The position numbers were made by a program, and so were the translations under genes. Source: Antedon mediterranea (taxonomy: Eukaryota > Animalia > Echinodermata). Taken from it: a stretch of DNA of 64,000 nucleotides. The notes beneath the pieces are model-generated. The model had not been told where the DNA came from. It made no database searches and was given only the letters and a program-made list of their open reading frames with translations. The stretch covers positions 2,475,812-2,539,811 of the forward strand of contig NC_092675.1 of the NCBI RefSeq assembly GCF_964355755.1, written 5' to 3'. This document shows positions 47,175-59,600 of this stretch, in pieces. Every line of letters starts with the position of its first letter. Within the stretch, counting starts at the first letter, position 1.

Positions 47175-50100
47175 CTTACCATTGTTGTTCTAAATAGTCC
47201 ACACATAACTTGGAATGGAGAAATGAAGCAGATTTCCATACGAAGAGGCGAACAGCTGAGTCTAAAAATGAGTCTGCAACCAGGGAGAATCGTTTCAATT
47301 GTAACTTGTGTTTCTCACCCCTGCTCTTATTCGTTTCTGATAGCCTGTTATGACGACAATATGCAATAAAGTCACGTGTTATTTACTTTCCCATAACCTT
47401 TCGTTCTATTGGTGTTTAAGAACATGTTTACAGTACTAATACTTCGATACGGATATAGCTGGTAGTGAATTATGATTACACGTTGTCTACATCTATTAGA
47501 GTTTTTACGTTGAATGACAAGTATTTATCATTTGAAAATCGTAATTTAATTTGGTCATTACATGCCACGGCTGGTATGGCTGTGACACAATACAACCATC
47601 TGAATAAAATATTATTCTAAAGACTATGAACGTCTGTTTGTTGAGGGTATTTTCTGGTTAAGTCTGATAATGATTTTATTGTCGGACATTATTGCGCACG
47701 GCACTTAAAACATGAAACACAGTAGTAATGTACATTCTGCCTCTTATTATGATACGACAAAATGCTTTTCCATCTTATAATAAAGCTTTTAATTCTAATT
47801 CTAGTTCCGTAGGCTACTATAGTATGTATCTACGATATAAACTCGTGTGTTTAGGTCAGCATTACTTTTTATTGTCGGTCTAATAGTTCATAACAAAACA
47901 AAAATAATAATCGTTATATACTTTATTTTGTTGTTTTCTTTTTTTATATTTTTAAACCCCATCTCCAATTATTCATATATATATATATATATATATTTTC
48001 TTTTTCTTTATTGTAATTCCATTTCCAATTATTCATGAGGATGATGATTATGATGATGAGTATATATTTGTTCACTTTCTTTCCTTCTTTCTCCTTAATT
48101 CATATCTCATTTCCCACCATTTATCAGTTTGATGTTTTGAACATCACTTTTCCCAGAAATACAAAATCTTAAAAACAAATGATGTATACAGGTAGTTATA
48201 TTTCTTATACTTAATTTTAACAATTCAGAAAGTTACAATGTTTTTTTCACACAATCACCAAAACAATAGAAAATATTGTTGGGTTATATGTTGGGTTTCG
48301 GGTCAACGTTTTACACAAATTAATATTAGAAGAAAAAAAATTAAATTCGTCAAATTTGTTTGTATTAGGAGCTTTAACGGAATAAGTGTCCACTTTGAAC
48401 GAACTGGTAATTAATAATTAACTAATATAAGTAAACAATATAGTTAATTTGTACACACCTGGCTCGAATAGCTAACATTGCCAGTAACCTAACAGTCAGC
48501 TTCAGTTCAAATATTTCACTAACAAAGTTCTTTCTTCTAACAGACGATAACATAATAGTTTGCATGATGGGAAATACGTGTATAACGCTTAAGGCAACAT
48601 CACACGTTTTGATTCCATTGAGAACTACAAACAAACCGAACTGAGAAAATTATTTAATAAACTACGTTGTACTTTGTTTTGATTGTTCATTTTTGTGACT
48701 GTGAGACAAACCGGTAAAACTTTTATAGTATTTCAAAGATCGCAGTCATTGCCCTTTGCTATATGCTGTGACAATATTGACATTATAGAATAGATCAGGA
48801 ATGGTGTACCTCACTCACTGATTCATTTATCGATCAGTTGGATTTGTATGGAACGCCATAGCATATTGTACGTGTAAAAATGCTGTATCTTCGTCGTGGT
48901 ACTTTATGTGCCTGATAGAAATATTGCGTCTATAAACCGTATCGTTATCATATCATAGATTAATCAAATTATACTGTTATCATTTGTTAATTGGCAATTT
49001 AAGTGAATTAACTAAAGTTGATTAAGAATTAGCACCTACAGAAAGCACCCACATGCCTTCCATATTAGCACTTAACTCAAGTACTATACTTTACCAAAAT
49101 CAACAGAAGATAAACTGAACTGATACAAATGAAAAGAAAAATAAACTAACGTAAATATTTAAAAGACAGTGGGCAGTATCAACAAAATTCTACATATATC
49201 AAATAGTAAGTGGAAAAATAAAAACATTTGGAAACATACAGCCTCTAATCGATACATGGATCGATCGATCAGTAATGATTACTTATATATAAGTAGGCCT
49301 ACTCCGTGATTATAGCCTACCATACGGATTTGGGGTTGAAACATACACATTGGGATTGAAGTACATGAAGAAGGTAATTTTGTCTGCACATTAGATCAAT
49401 CATGTTTTATAGTTACCGGTATAATATTCAAGATTGAATTAAAAAAAAACACCTTTTCTACTTATTAAATATATATTAGGCGGTCATGTCTTGATCTCCA
49501 GTACTAACAGATTTTATTTTTTCTGTTATTCATATTTTAGATTACTATTTTCTTCAATGCATTTTCTTTTTTATTTGTGTTTTTTTTTCTTTCGAGGCTC
49601 ACCCAACTCAAAATGTTTCCCAACATCTTTTATGGTTTTTGCCTTCATTTTCTGAAACATTCTTTTTATTTATAATACTGTAGGCCTACCATACTGTTTC
49701 TTGTTATCCTATGTATTCAGATTTGTAAATAAATATTTATTGAATAGAATAGAATGAAAAAGATTAACATTCAGTCAAGATTCAAGTTTTGGTTCAATTC
49801 TATAGGCCTAATTGGAAGTTCGGGACTTAGTTACACAAATATACTGAAACCAATTAGGCTTACAGAATAAAGGTTAAAGTTATTTATAACATTCGGTACA
49901 ACAGTGTTCAATATTAAGTGAGCGGTAATGTTTTATGTAGGTAAGCTATCTTGTAATATAAAAGGAGTAGGGCTATGTTCATGTATTAATCATGCATATA
50001 TCGGGAAAACAGAATGGTAATGACAGTAATCATGTTCAACAGTGCAGATTTCAATCTGTGTTAACGTTTATTTTAAACCATTTATCTCTTCATTCCTCTG

Positions 50101-50616
50101 AATTTTCTTTATTTACAAAGTTATTGTTTACGATTTCCTACGTGACGTAAACGTCTAGTTACAGCTGTAAATTATGTCTGTGTTTAATTACATGGGATGG
50201 TGATCATTGTAATGAACAACTTCTCGAAACTCCATCATTGCTTTTAATTTTTTGCCGGTTGTCATAACACAAATCGTACGTATGTAAGTGTAGTTGAATG
50301 CGGTCAAGTGTATAAGTGTACACACTTTATACGGCTGCACACGTTACTGTCTAGTTTATATTAAAATTACATTATACTTACTTAGTACTTAGTTTTTGTT
50401 ATTTTGTGATTCTTAGCTAGAATATTTGACTACTTTAAGATAGAATCCGTCTTCATTGTTTTTGTCACGTTTGGTTACGATACCATCACATCTGGAAGAA
50501 AGTGGTACTTCGCTCATTCTCGCTTCATTGGTTGTCGCCACCCTCATTATACAGATCATTGGAGTTTTTTTTATTTATAACTCCTTTCAATATTTACGTT
50601 TCCAAGAAACAGACGT

Positions 50617-50649
50617 GTCTCTGTGGCGCAATCGGTTACCGCGTTCGGT

Positions 50650-50683
<34 letters not shown>

Positions 50684-50690
50684 AGGGACG
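50617..50690 (+). tRNA. trnN: tRNA-Asn(GTT)
   Basis: GTCTCTGTGGCGCAATCGGTTACCGCGTTCGGTTGTTAACCGAAAGGTTGGTGGTTCAAGCCCACCCAGGGACG is nearly identical to the metazoan tRNA-Asn; TTTT terminator at 50695-50698. Confidence 0.92.
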
Positions 50691-50705
50691 TTGCTTTTGT
50701 TTAGT

Positions 50706-50710
<5 letters not shown>

Positions 50711-50736
<26 letters not shown>

Positions 50737-53700
50737 GTCTTGTGTGGGGTCTTCCCACTTTTATTATAATTCTCAGATTTATATGTATATATATTATATA
50801 TAAAATAAAGGTACATTGTAGCAATTAATTATTTGTATGAATATTTCTATTTCTGTTGTATATTACTAAGATTGTTACAAGTTAACAAGTAGTTAAAAAG
50901 TAGGCATATTTACATAAAAAGATGATTAATTTCAATATAATAACCATGCTTTCATTTACAATTTTAAAAAGATGTTAATTAAAATATAAAGATAAAAGAT
51001 GGTAATAAAAGTCTATGAACTGTCATTAAAAACGTACTTATAAAATCTTGTTCATGTTCTGGTAGAGAGGCTATAAACTCAGAGGAGGAATATAAAATAT
51101 CCTCCCTTTTCACCAAGACAAAAAGGATGAGATGAAAAAAGAGGAATGCAAAAGTTTGAAAACTAGATAAGGATGATAGAGTGGAATGAAATATTTAAAT
51201 GAAAACCGTAAGGTTAGAGTCCATACACCGTGCAAGTCCAAGATGCCATTTTGGCTCTGTGTGTATGTGAGACGCTTCATACCCGATGACATCTTATTAT
51301 AATACTACTTCTACTTCTGTATACAATTTGTAATTGGGAAATAAACAAAACATATTGCATTTTAGAAAACATGAAAAAAAAAACACTTCATACAGACTAT
51401 ATTCATGCTATCAATTGTAACAGAGTTTCCTTTTTTGCACCCCATTTACGTTGTGCCTTAATGAAGTTACACATATGTTCATTTTCTATTAGATTTTTAA
51501 CTTCAGCAGTGAAAAGAATCCAGATCTTTTTTTTATCATCTTTATCTTTTCTTCCACCATTGGATATTATGTGTACCTTGTATATACAGAATAAAAACAT
51601 AGAAATCAATTCATTTACAATATTGTTTTTTGTTCCTGTAACAATTTTAAACCATGTAATATTATCTTCAGCTGGAAAGCAATTAGCCAGCACACCTTTA
51701 AATTTGTGCCATGTCCATTGAATGGCATTGCATTCAAACAGCATGTGCTGTTCACTTTCTATCTGATTTATACAATTGTCACATAAATTATTTTCTGCCA
51801 AATTCCATAATTTTAATCTTTTTTTACACGGTAATATTCGATGTAAGAGTTTAAAGTTGAATTGAGCAACTTTAACTATATGTTTCATCTTGTATACCTT
51901 ATAATACCATACTTTATTCCAATCTATTTCTACGTTATTTAGCTCACATTCCCATTTTCTTTGTGAACCTGGTTCAGTGGAACGTTTGTTTATAAAATAT
52001 TTATAGTAGATAGATCCTTTAATGTTCTTATGCAACAATGAGTCATTATTACCTACATCTTGATTATTTGTATTGTCTTTTCTAATAATTTCTTTCCACC
52101 CATTTGGTATGGCATTCATAAGCTGTAAATATTCGATTAAACCATTATGTTTTTTATACAAATTTGAGATTATTTCACCTGCGGTACATACTCTATCATT
52201 TATAAATATGTCACCAATTACTTTATAATCAGAATATAACCATGATTTGAAGTACAATGATTTATTGTTAGATAGTATAAACTTATTTTCCCATAGTTGT
52301 TGATTTTTTATTTCTATTAAAGTTGTTGGTTCTGAATACACAATATTATTAAATTTTACAACAGCATTAATCATGTTCTTGTAGAATGTAGGCATATCTC
52401 TCAAGTTAGCATGATCATGTACATTAAGTTTAGTACTTTTTATTGTATATTCAATTGGGTGAAGGAAATATTTTGGTATGCATTTCCATTTACCTGGATC
52501 TGGACTTAACAGTCGCTTGACCCAATTCAGTTTAAGTGATTCAACCACAGAGCTAATATCTGGCATGTTTAAACCACCTTCCTTAATATTTTTAATTAAG
52601 GTTATTCTCTTTATCTTTTCCCTTCTGGTTCCCCATAGGAACGTATATAATAGTTTTTCTATTTGTTTAACTATATCTTTGGGAACATCAATTATACTTG
52701 CGTTATATATAAACTTAGACAATGCAAGTATTTTAATAATAGTTATTTTACCAAAAAAGGTAAGATTCCTTCTTTTCCATAAATTTAATACGTTTTCTAG
52801 GTTGGTAATTTTTTTGTCCCAGTTTCTCTTTTCACATAAATGCTTATTGTAACCTATATGGATTCCTAAAAATTTAACAGGTTCACTAGTCCATGTAATA
52901 TCTAATGGTTTTGAAACACTATTTTCGTTTACACCAATCCACATACCATTTGTCTTTTTTCTATTTAATGTTAACCCTGAAACACTACAAAAAGACTCAA
53001 TCTCATTAAAGAAATATTTTAAACTACCTTCGTCATGTGAAAAAATTACGGTGTCATCCGCTAATTGAGCAATTTTAACGATATTATCATCATCGTCATT
53101 GCTATTAGGTAACGTAATTCCTATACATTTAGAATTATTTCTGATATTTACTGCCATTATTTCTGATACCAGAATAAATAGCAAAGCAGATAATGGGCAG
53201 CCTTGCCTCACACCACACTCCATTTTAAACTTTTCTGACAACCATCCGTTGTTTACTATGACACATTCTGTTTCTTTATACATAACCTTTATCCATTTGA
53301 TAAATGAATTTCCAAAACCAAAGAGTTTTAAAACCTTAAACAGCAGTATTCTGTCTATTGAGTCGAAAGCTTTCGCATAATCAAGAAAAACAATAGCACC
53401 TGTCATACTTTTTGCTTTTGTGTAGTCTAGTATGTCGTTTACCAGTCTTACATTTTCTCCTCCAAACCTTTTCTTAATATAACCTTTTTGATCTTCATTT
53501 ATAATGGAACCTATAACGTTGTGTAACCTATTAGCTAGAATGTGAGCCAATATTTTATAATCCACATTAAGTAGTGTTATTGGTCTCCAATTGTTTAGGT
53601 TTTCCCTCTGTCCATTTTTGTATAAAAGATTAATAATACCTCTTCTTTGTGTTGTTGATAACATGCCTTTAACAAAGCTATAATTCAATGAATCACACAA

Positions 53701-54379
53701 TAAATATTTTACATTCTCCCAAAATGTACGATAAAATTCTACACTTAATCCATCAATACCAGGACTCTTATTTATTTTCATTTTAAAAATCGTTTTTGTG
53801 CATTCTTCGACTGTTACAAGACCTTCACATTTTATTACATCTTCCTCTAACAACGTTTTTAATTTTGTGTGCTTTAGATATTTGTTCATATCGTTTAGAG
53901 GTATTTCTTTATTAGAGTATATGTTTTTATAAAATAGAACTTCTTCTTTCAGAATTTCATCATTGTTAGATGTATATTTTCCATTACTTTTTAAAACAGA
54001 TTTAATGTGTTTTCTTTTAGCATTATTCTTTTCTAACCCTAAGAAGAATTTATTATTTTTTTCTCCTTTTTCAAACCAATCAATTCTGGATCTGACAATT
54101 GCACCTTTTGCTTCAACTAAATATATGCTCTCTAAGTTATCCCTTTTTGTAATTAATTGTTTTTCGATTCTTTCATCGTATACTTGATTAAGCTTTTGTG
54201 TAAGCTCGTTGACTTCTTTTATTAAGCTTACTTTATCCAAATTTCTTTCCATTTTCTTTTTTTTTACAAAATTTTACAGAACATTCTTTTATTTTTACTT
54301 TAAGTAATTCCCAGAGCACGTCTGGTCTCAGATTGTTTTCATTTTTTTTTGTATTTTCAATTATTCCTTTTATTTATTA
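50711..54379 (-). mobile_element. 5'-truncated L1/Tx1-clade non-LTR retrotransposon
   Basis: Poly(A) tail (T-run 50709-50736), ~0.67-kb 3'UTR, ORF2, and a 14-bp TSD TTGTTTAGTAAATT at 50697-50710 and 54380-54393. The endonuclease domain and ORF1 are absent. Confidence 0.88.
51403..54252 (-). CDS. L1/Tx1 ORF2 fragment: reverse transcriptase plus C-terminal zinc knuckle
   Basis: 949 aa with motifs GEKNNKFF, KSPGIDG, NWRPITLLNVDYKI, LDYAKAFD, GVRQGCPLS, QLADDT, KFLGI and CDNC-x8-HMLFEC. An upstream WELLKVKIK motif lies out of frame across an A-run. Confidence 0.92.
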   Translation of the reverse strand: MERNLDKVSLIKEVNELTQKLNQVYDERIEKQLITKRDNLESIYLVEAKGAIVRSRIDWFEKGEKNNKFFLGLEKNNAKRKHIKSVLKSNGKYTSNNDEILKEEVLFYKNIYSNKEIPLNDMNKYLKHTKLKTLLEEDVIKCEGLVTVEECTKTIFKMKINKSPGIDGLSVEFYRTFWENVKYLLCDSLNYSFVKGMLSTTQRRGIINLLYKNGQRENLNNWRPITLLNVDYKILAHILANRLHNVIGSIINEDQKGYIKKRFGGENVRLVNDILDYTKAKSMTGAIVFLDYAKAFDSIDRILLFKVLKLFGFGNSFIKWIKVMYKETECVIVNNGWLSEKFKMECGVRQGCPLSALLFILVSEIMAVNIRNNSKCIGITLPNSNDDDDNIVKIAQLADDTVIFSHDEGSLKYFFNEIESFCSVSGLTLNRKKTNGMWIGVNENSVSKPLDITWTSEPVKFLGIHIGYNKHLCEKRNWDKKITNLENVLNLWKRRNLTFFGKITIIKILALSKFIYNASIIDVPKDIVKQIEKLLYTFLWGTRREKIKRITLIKNIKEGGLNMPDISSVVESLKLNWVKRLLSPDPGKWKCIPKYFLHPIEYTIKSTKLNVHDHANLRDMPTFYKNMINAVVKFNNIVYSEPTTLIEIKNQQLWENKFILSNNKSLYFKSWLYSDYKVIGDIFINDRVCTAGEIISNLYKKHNGLIEYLQLMNAIPNGWKEIIRKDNTNNQDVGNNDSLLHKNIKGSIYYKYFINKRSTEPGSQRKWECELNNVEIDWNKVWYYKVYKMKHIVKVAQFNFKLLHRILPCKKRLKLWNLAENNLCDNCINQIESEQHMLFECNAIQWTWHKFKGVLANCFPAEDNITWFKIVTGTKNNIVNELISMFLFCIYKVHIISNGGRKDKDDKKKIWILFTAEVKNLIENEHMCNFIKAQRKWGAKKETLLQLIA

Positions 54380-55434
54380 TTGTTTAGTAAATTAGTGCAC
54401 TAACGAAATATACTTTCAAAAAACAATACAATATCTGAAATAGTTAAGCATTTAGTGCAGATGACCAATTTATTTATAAATGTTTAATCTTTCCTTAAAT
54501 ACTTCATCTAACACTAATATGTATAAATTTTAAATATTTCGCATTTATAAAACTTTAAAATATCCACTAAATGCCCATTATATTAATATAATCTTTGACA
54601 CCGGGGTCTTTATTTAAACAGCAATTTATGATATAATACTCTAACCAGAAATAATCTAAAAAACATGACAGGAATCATTTAAAAGTACTTGAGAAACCTA
54701 GACGCGAATCTAGATGACTGTCAATAGACAGTTAAGATTTACCTAGAGACAGCTATAGCTGAATCGGGTGATATGTGTGTAACCGTTTATTACAGCAACT
54801 GCGTATATACTTGGAAGCAAAATCAAGATTAATTTATACCTTAAATAACTTCTGGATATTGTATCAATGTTTTGTGGAATACAATAACGTTGTACTAACT
54901 ATAATTTCTGTCACTATAAACATATTATTTTAATGATAGAAAATCTGCTTAATTTTAAACAGGCAATTGATATTTACAATTCATTCTAAAATAACCATTT
55001 TGATATGTTCCATTGAAGCTAAAAATGATTTACGGATAAAAACCTCACCTACTCCATACTTGTTTTTGTGACCCTATGCCATTTATATGATTATGACCTT
55101 CCTAAATAGTATCATTTTGATCAACAGGTTTACTGTTCCGTAATTATAACACTATCTATATACATTCATAATATTTACATAGATTTATATCACCAGAACA
55201 ATTGTTGTTAGTTAGTTCTAACGGTAAGATTGAGTCACGTGTACATTAAATGTTTCAAATTTAGCGCCGTAAGAGCAATGCAGTTAGCTGCATGGCTATC
55301 AAATGTTTCAAATTTAGCGCCATTAAAGTCCCGAAAGTGGAAGCCATTTGTTAAAATACATTATAGGCCTACAAAGGTACATTCATATCTGATTTTTAGC
55401 TGCAGTTATTTTATCTATTGTATCTATCACAGAA

Positions 55435-55560
55435 GAAATAGACGCAACCGCGGAGAGGAAATAAGACACAACAGCGGAGAGGAGGAAATAAGACACAACT
55501 GCGAGAGGAAAAGACACAACCGCAGAAATTAATAGACTCGACCGCGGAGAGGAAACGCGC
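55435..55560. repeat. Degenerate ~24-bp tandem repeat CGCGGAGAGGAAATAAGACACAAC, ~5 copies
   Basis: Direct repeats are visible; locally GC/CpG-rich. Confidence 0.7.
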
Positions 55561-56669
55561 GCGCAAATAGAGTGAACGAGACGGGACTTCGAATGGAATA
55601 CAAGTGGACAACAGCACCGGTTCTCCCGTTGCTTCGAATTTCGGTTTGCGGTTCTTTTTAAAATAATATCTTTAAAGGAAATATTCAATCCAAATTCGGT
55701 GTAAAGAAGAGTATGGATAAATTAATAACATCCTCAACAATAAAAAAAAACAAACCTTAAAATAACAAAGAAATCGGGGACTAAGTTGTCAATTTAGTCA
55801 CGTCCTACAGACACGCCACGACCGTATTGGTACTGAACTTCGTTTAATTTATCAATATATCATTATCTAACTAGGTTATAGGAATAATAACCATTATTTT
55901 ATACATTAATAATATATATGGAGCAGCCTTAACGAGAGATGCAGTAAGATTAGTCTGAGTCATTTAAATCCCTCTAGTTACAAATGGATTTTCCTATATT
56001 TATTTACATTTCGTATAATATTATTATTTAATTAAATATTGTTTTTGTTTACAGCGAGTTTATATGTTGCGCATACATTGTGGGAACAAGAAATATTATA
56101 TAAAGTGACTATTCGGTAGAAAGGTTGAAGCAGACAACTGCAGGCCTGTTTATAGTCTCTAGACATAATACCGGCACCGTACGAGTATCGAGTGCGTTGA
56201 CGAGGTACCTGGCACGCTTCATTTTACTAATACAACCTAAACCACAATGCCTACGAATGATTGTATTTCGTCTTTAATTAAATTACAGTTTTACATTAGA
56301 AGGTAATGCATTTATCAAGTTTCACATTAGCGCAATCGTCAAAGACATCATATCATAATACAACAATGAAAAGAATCAAATTCGTAAATAAATATTTTAG
56401 TAGCTTTTAGATACATTGTTTTTCAACTCTAAAAATAATTCGTCGTATCATATCGATTTTCCATTCCAAATGTCACTAGATATGATGTTATAATAAATAA
56501 ATAGAAACCATAAATCAACAATTGGTCGTGAATTAGTATTTGTACATTGTATCATACATTTTGAAAGCTTTTAAGGTACAGTTCCATATAAGGTAACCAT
56601 TGTTACAAATAGTTAGATGAATGACGTGTTCAGACGGGTTGAAGCAGTACTTTGAATCTTCTCTTTGCA

Positions 56670-59600
56670 TCATCTTTGTCCACACGTAACGCAACATTTT
56701 GATTGATATTGTAAATAATGACAATTTCCTCTTGATTTCAATAACTTGCATTGTGTCGGTGGCAATTTATCTTCTGTGCATGTTTCCAGAAGATCTAATG
56801 AGTAAAATTAAAATAACGATGACGTATGTAAAGAACATTTCCTACATATGGGACATACTGAATACATCATTAAGGAACTTTTGATTTTCGACGATTGACG
56901 ATTAAACTACGTTATGTTAATCCATTGTGCGCATGCGAGGATTGGGAGGCGTTTCCTCGCGCTCCACATCGACACAGGTTTGATGGCTTCTATGTCAAGG
57001 CGTTTCATTTTAGGGTAAACATAATATATAAACACATTAATAATGTAAACAAAAAGTCATACAGTAGATGCAAAATGTTGGATCTCGGATTTCGGCCGTG
57101 AGAGCAGAGCGTTTAACAAACATATTAAAAGAAAGCAGTCAGAAACTGAGTGAAGTACTCGGCAAGATATCGCCACAGAGGGCGCATATTGATTTTTGGC
57201 CCATGTTAAAAGAATACACTTTTTTATTTCTTTTTATTTGTTAAAGTTATTGATAAACCGATTTTCTTGAATTTCAATAGGCATGTTTTGTAAATGTATA
57301 CCTATTTTTACACCGACAAATTCAGAATAATAACATACAAATTGTAAGCGCTATTGTGCTAACAAACAAACAAAGAATAATGCATCTTAAATTACCTGAT
57401 GGATCGGATGCTGTTGGGCATGGCGGACCTGTACACGTTTTAACCAATTCTGGTTTGTCGTGTTTTGAACAACTATCGTCTGTTTCGTTTGTTGCAAAGT
57501 TAACGCATACTACCGTTCTTTCCATCATGCCTTCACCGCAGGAAACAGAGCACTACAAAATATGTAATTTTAAAAATATACTAAAAATATCAACAAAAAA
57601 TTCATGTTTACATTTCACATCAAAACATCAGAGTAAATTTTCGTGAAAATTAAGGCATAAAGTATATTGATCATTCAGTGTTAACATTTTTACCTATGGA
57701 TATTCTGAATAGTTTGCGTTTTTGCATTAACATCGTGCATGCGGGAGTTATGCAAAAGGATTTTACCAAATTTAAACTTCGCACGTACCTTTTTCCATTC
57801 ACCCATCCGCCATACAGCTTCCGCGTGGCTACCATTTTGCTGTTTAGTGTGTTTATCATGTTCAACTACCTTAAACATTTTTTCCACTTCTTCTTTTCTG
57901 CTTGATAGCATATGTTTTTCCATTCTTTGATCTGAATCAACCGGAGCTTTTAAAGCAGCGTTATCAATAACCAGCACAATGTCTTCTTCAGTTTTTCGTT
58001 CTGGGTGTTTCTCGTTGCGTTCTACTAATTTTTGTAAATAGTGTTGTTGTCTTTTACCTGACTTTCTGTCAAGTTTCTCCCATTCTCCAAACGTCACAGG
58101 TATGTCAGATTGCTGTTGATTAGAAAATTCCAATTCGCTTTCGTCTTCTATGATTTCTTCGTCATTATAAAAACCATTGGTATCACTAGAATCTGATGCC
58201 CTATCACAATCAACCTGGCATTTGCGGATACTGTCTGGTTGCTCTGTATCCTCACAGAACCTTCTCGTATTGCAGATGACAATTCGAGTTTGAGTTCCTA
58301 CTCCGCAATCTACAGAACACTGTGCATACGAAATAAAAAAAATATATACGTTAGTTTTACCCTTATTACTGAGCTTTCACTTTAGGCCGGTAGACAAAGA
58401 AGACGGTTTTAATACAACATGCGCATAACCCATTACACCGTTAACCTCTGTTCATTATCGGGCAAATTAACGTTTAGTTTTCGTCTACTATCTTGAAAGG
58501 AAAAGTTCGCAATTATAAATGCCTAGACACACTAACAAACTTTACCACCCATTTGGAGAAGTTCGTCAAAACTACAATCTTTGTTTCCATGACTACAAAA
58601 AACTGAAAGTTTTATTTCCTGAGTTTACAAATGTCAGCAAATTAGTTTCTGCTGTTGCACAAAAGCTTTCGAAAATTGTTTTTACCAAACTAAACAATCA
58701 AGTTTACAACTTGCAAAGTAAAGTTTGCTAGTGCATAATTGGTAAGACCAACACAACATTGTATTTACCTCAGACCAGTTACCAGTGATCCACACGGGTT
58801 CAATTGGACACTCCACCAAATTACATGGTTCAATATATCTTGGCTTGAAAATTCCGCGTTTTATGCACTCTTCATCTTCTATGACCATTTGTTCATCGTA
58901 TCCAAAACTTCGAATGCAGAAAACTGATCTTATTCGCTTGCCGTTTTTACCACATGTAGCAGTACATGATTGCCAATTTCCAATCCACCACCTAAAGTAA
59001 CGATGATAACACGATTATTAATAAATTGTTATTTATACTTTACACAGCCATCTACTGTATATACGTTTTCTCTTTTGTGTATACAGACAGGTACATATTG
59101 CTGTATTTTTGTAAGGTGAATTCAGGTATTTCAGAATGTGAAAGAACATAGTTCCAGTGTGATTAGTTATTTTCTAAGAGATCCATTTGGGGTTCTGATA
59201 ATTTAACACATGTAGTTGGGTGGCAGATTGGTATGGAGTTGGGTAGCCGAGTGGTTAGGACACTTAACTGTCATACTGAGAGACTCGGGTTAAACTCCTC
59301 AGCTGTAAGATGACCAGGTTGAAAATACTAGAGAGGATAAGGCGGCATAGAAAGGAAGTGGCCATCCCACCACATAATTATAGAAAATTATTTTACAAGA
59401 TACAGAAAACAGTTTTCTAAACGAAATCTGCTGATGATACCAGGTTCACTAATTATTACTTTTTGAATTCAGAATATAAATTGTAACGTTTTACTCACAT
59501 TGCTGGACAATTATCTGTGTTACACTCTCGCTGTTTTCTGTTTGGTTTTGTTGTTTGATTACAGTAAAAGTTTTCCACTATTCCACTCAAATTCTCTTCA

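Noticed and set aside
51371-54187. Several plus-strand ORFs over the LINE
   Set aside because: Antisense shadows of ORF2.
57170-57186. CTCF-like motif GCCACAGAGGGCGC
   Set aside because: Imperfect spacing, and it lies inside a dispersed repeat (relative at ~25345-25520); not supportable from sequence alone.
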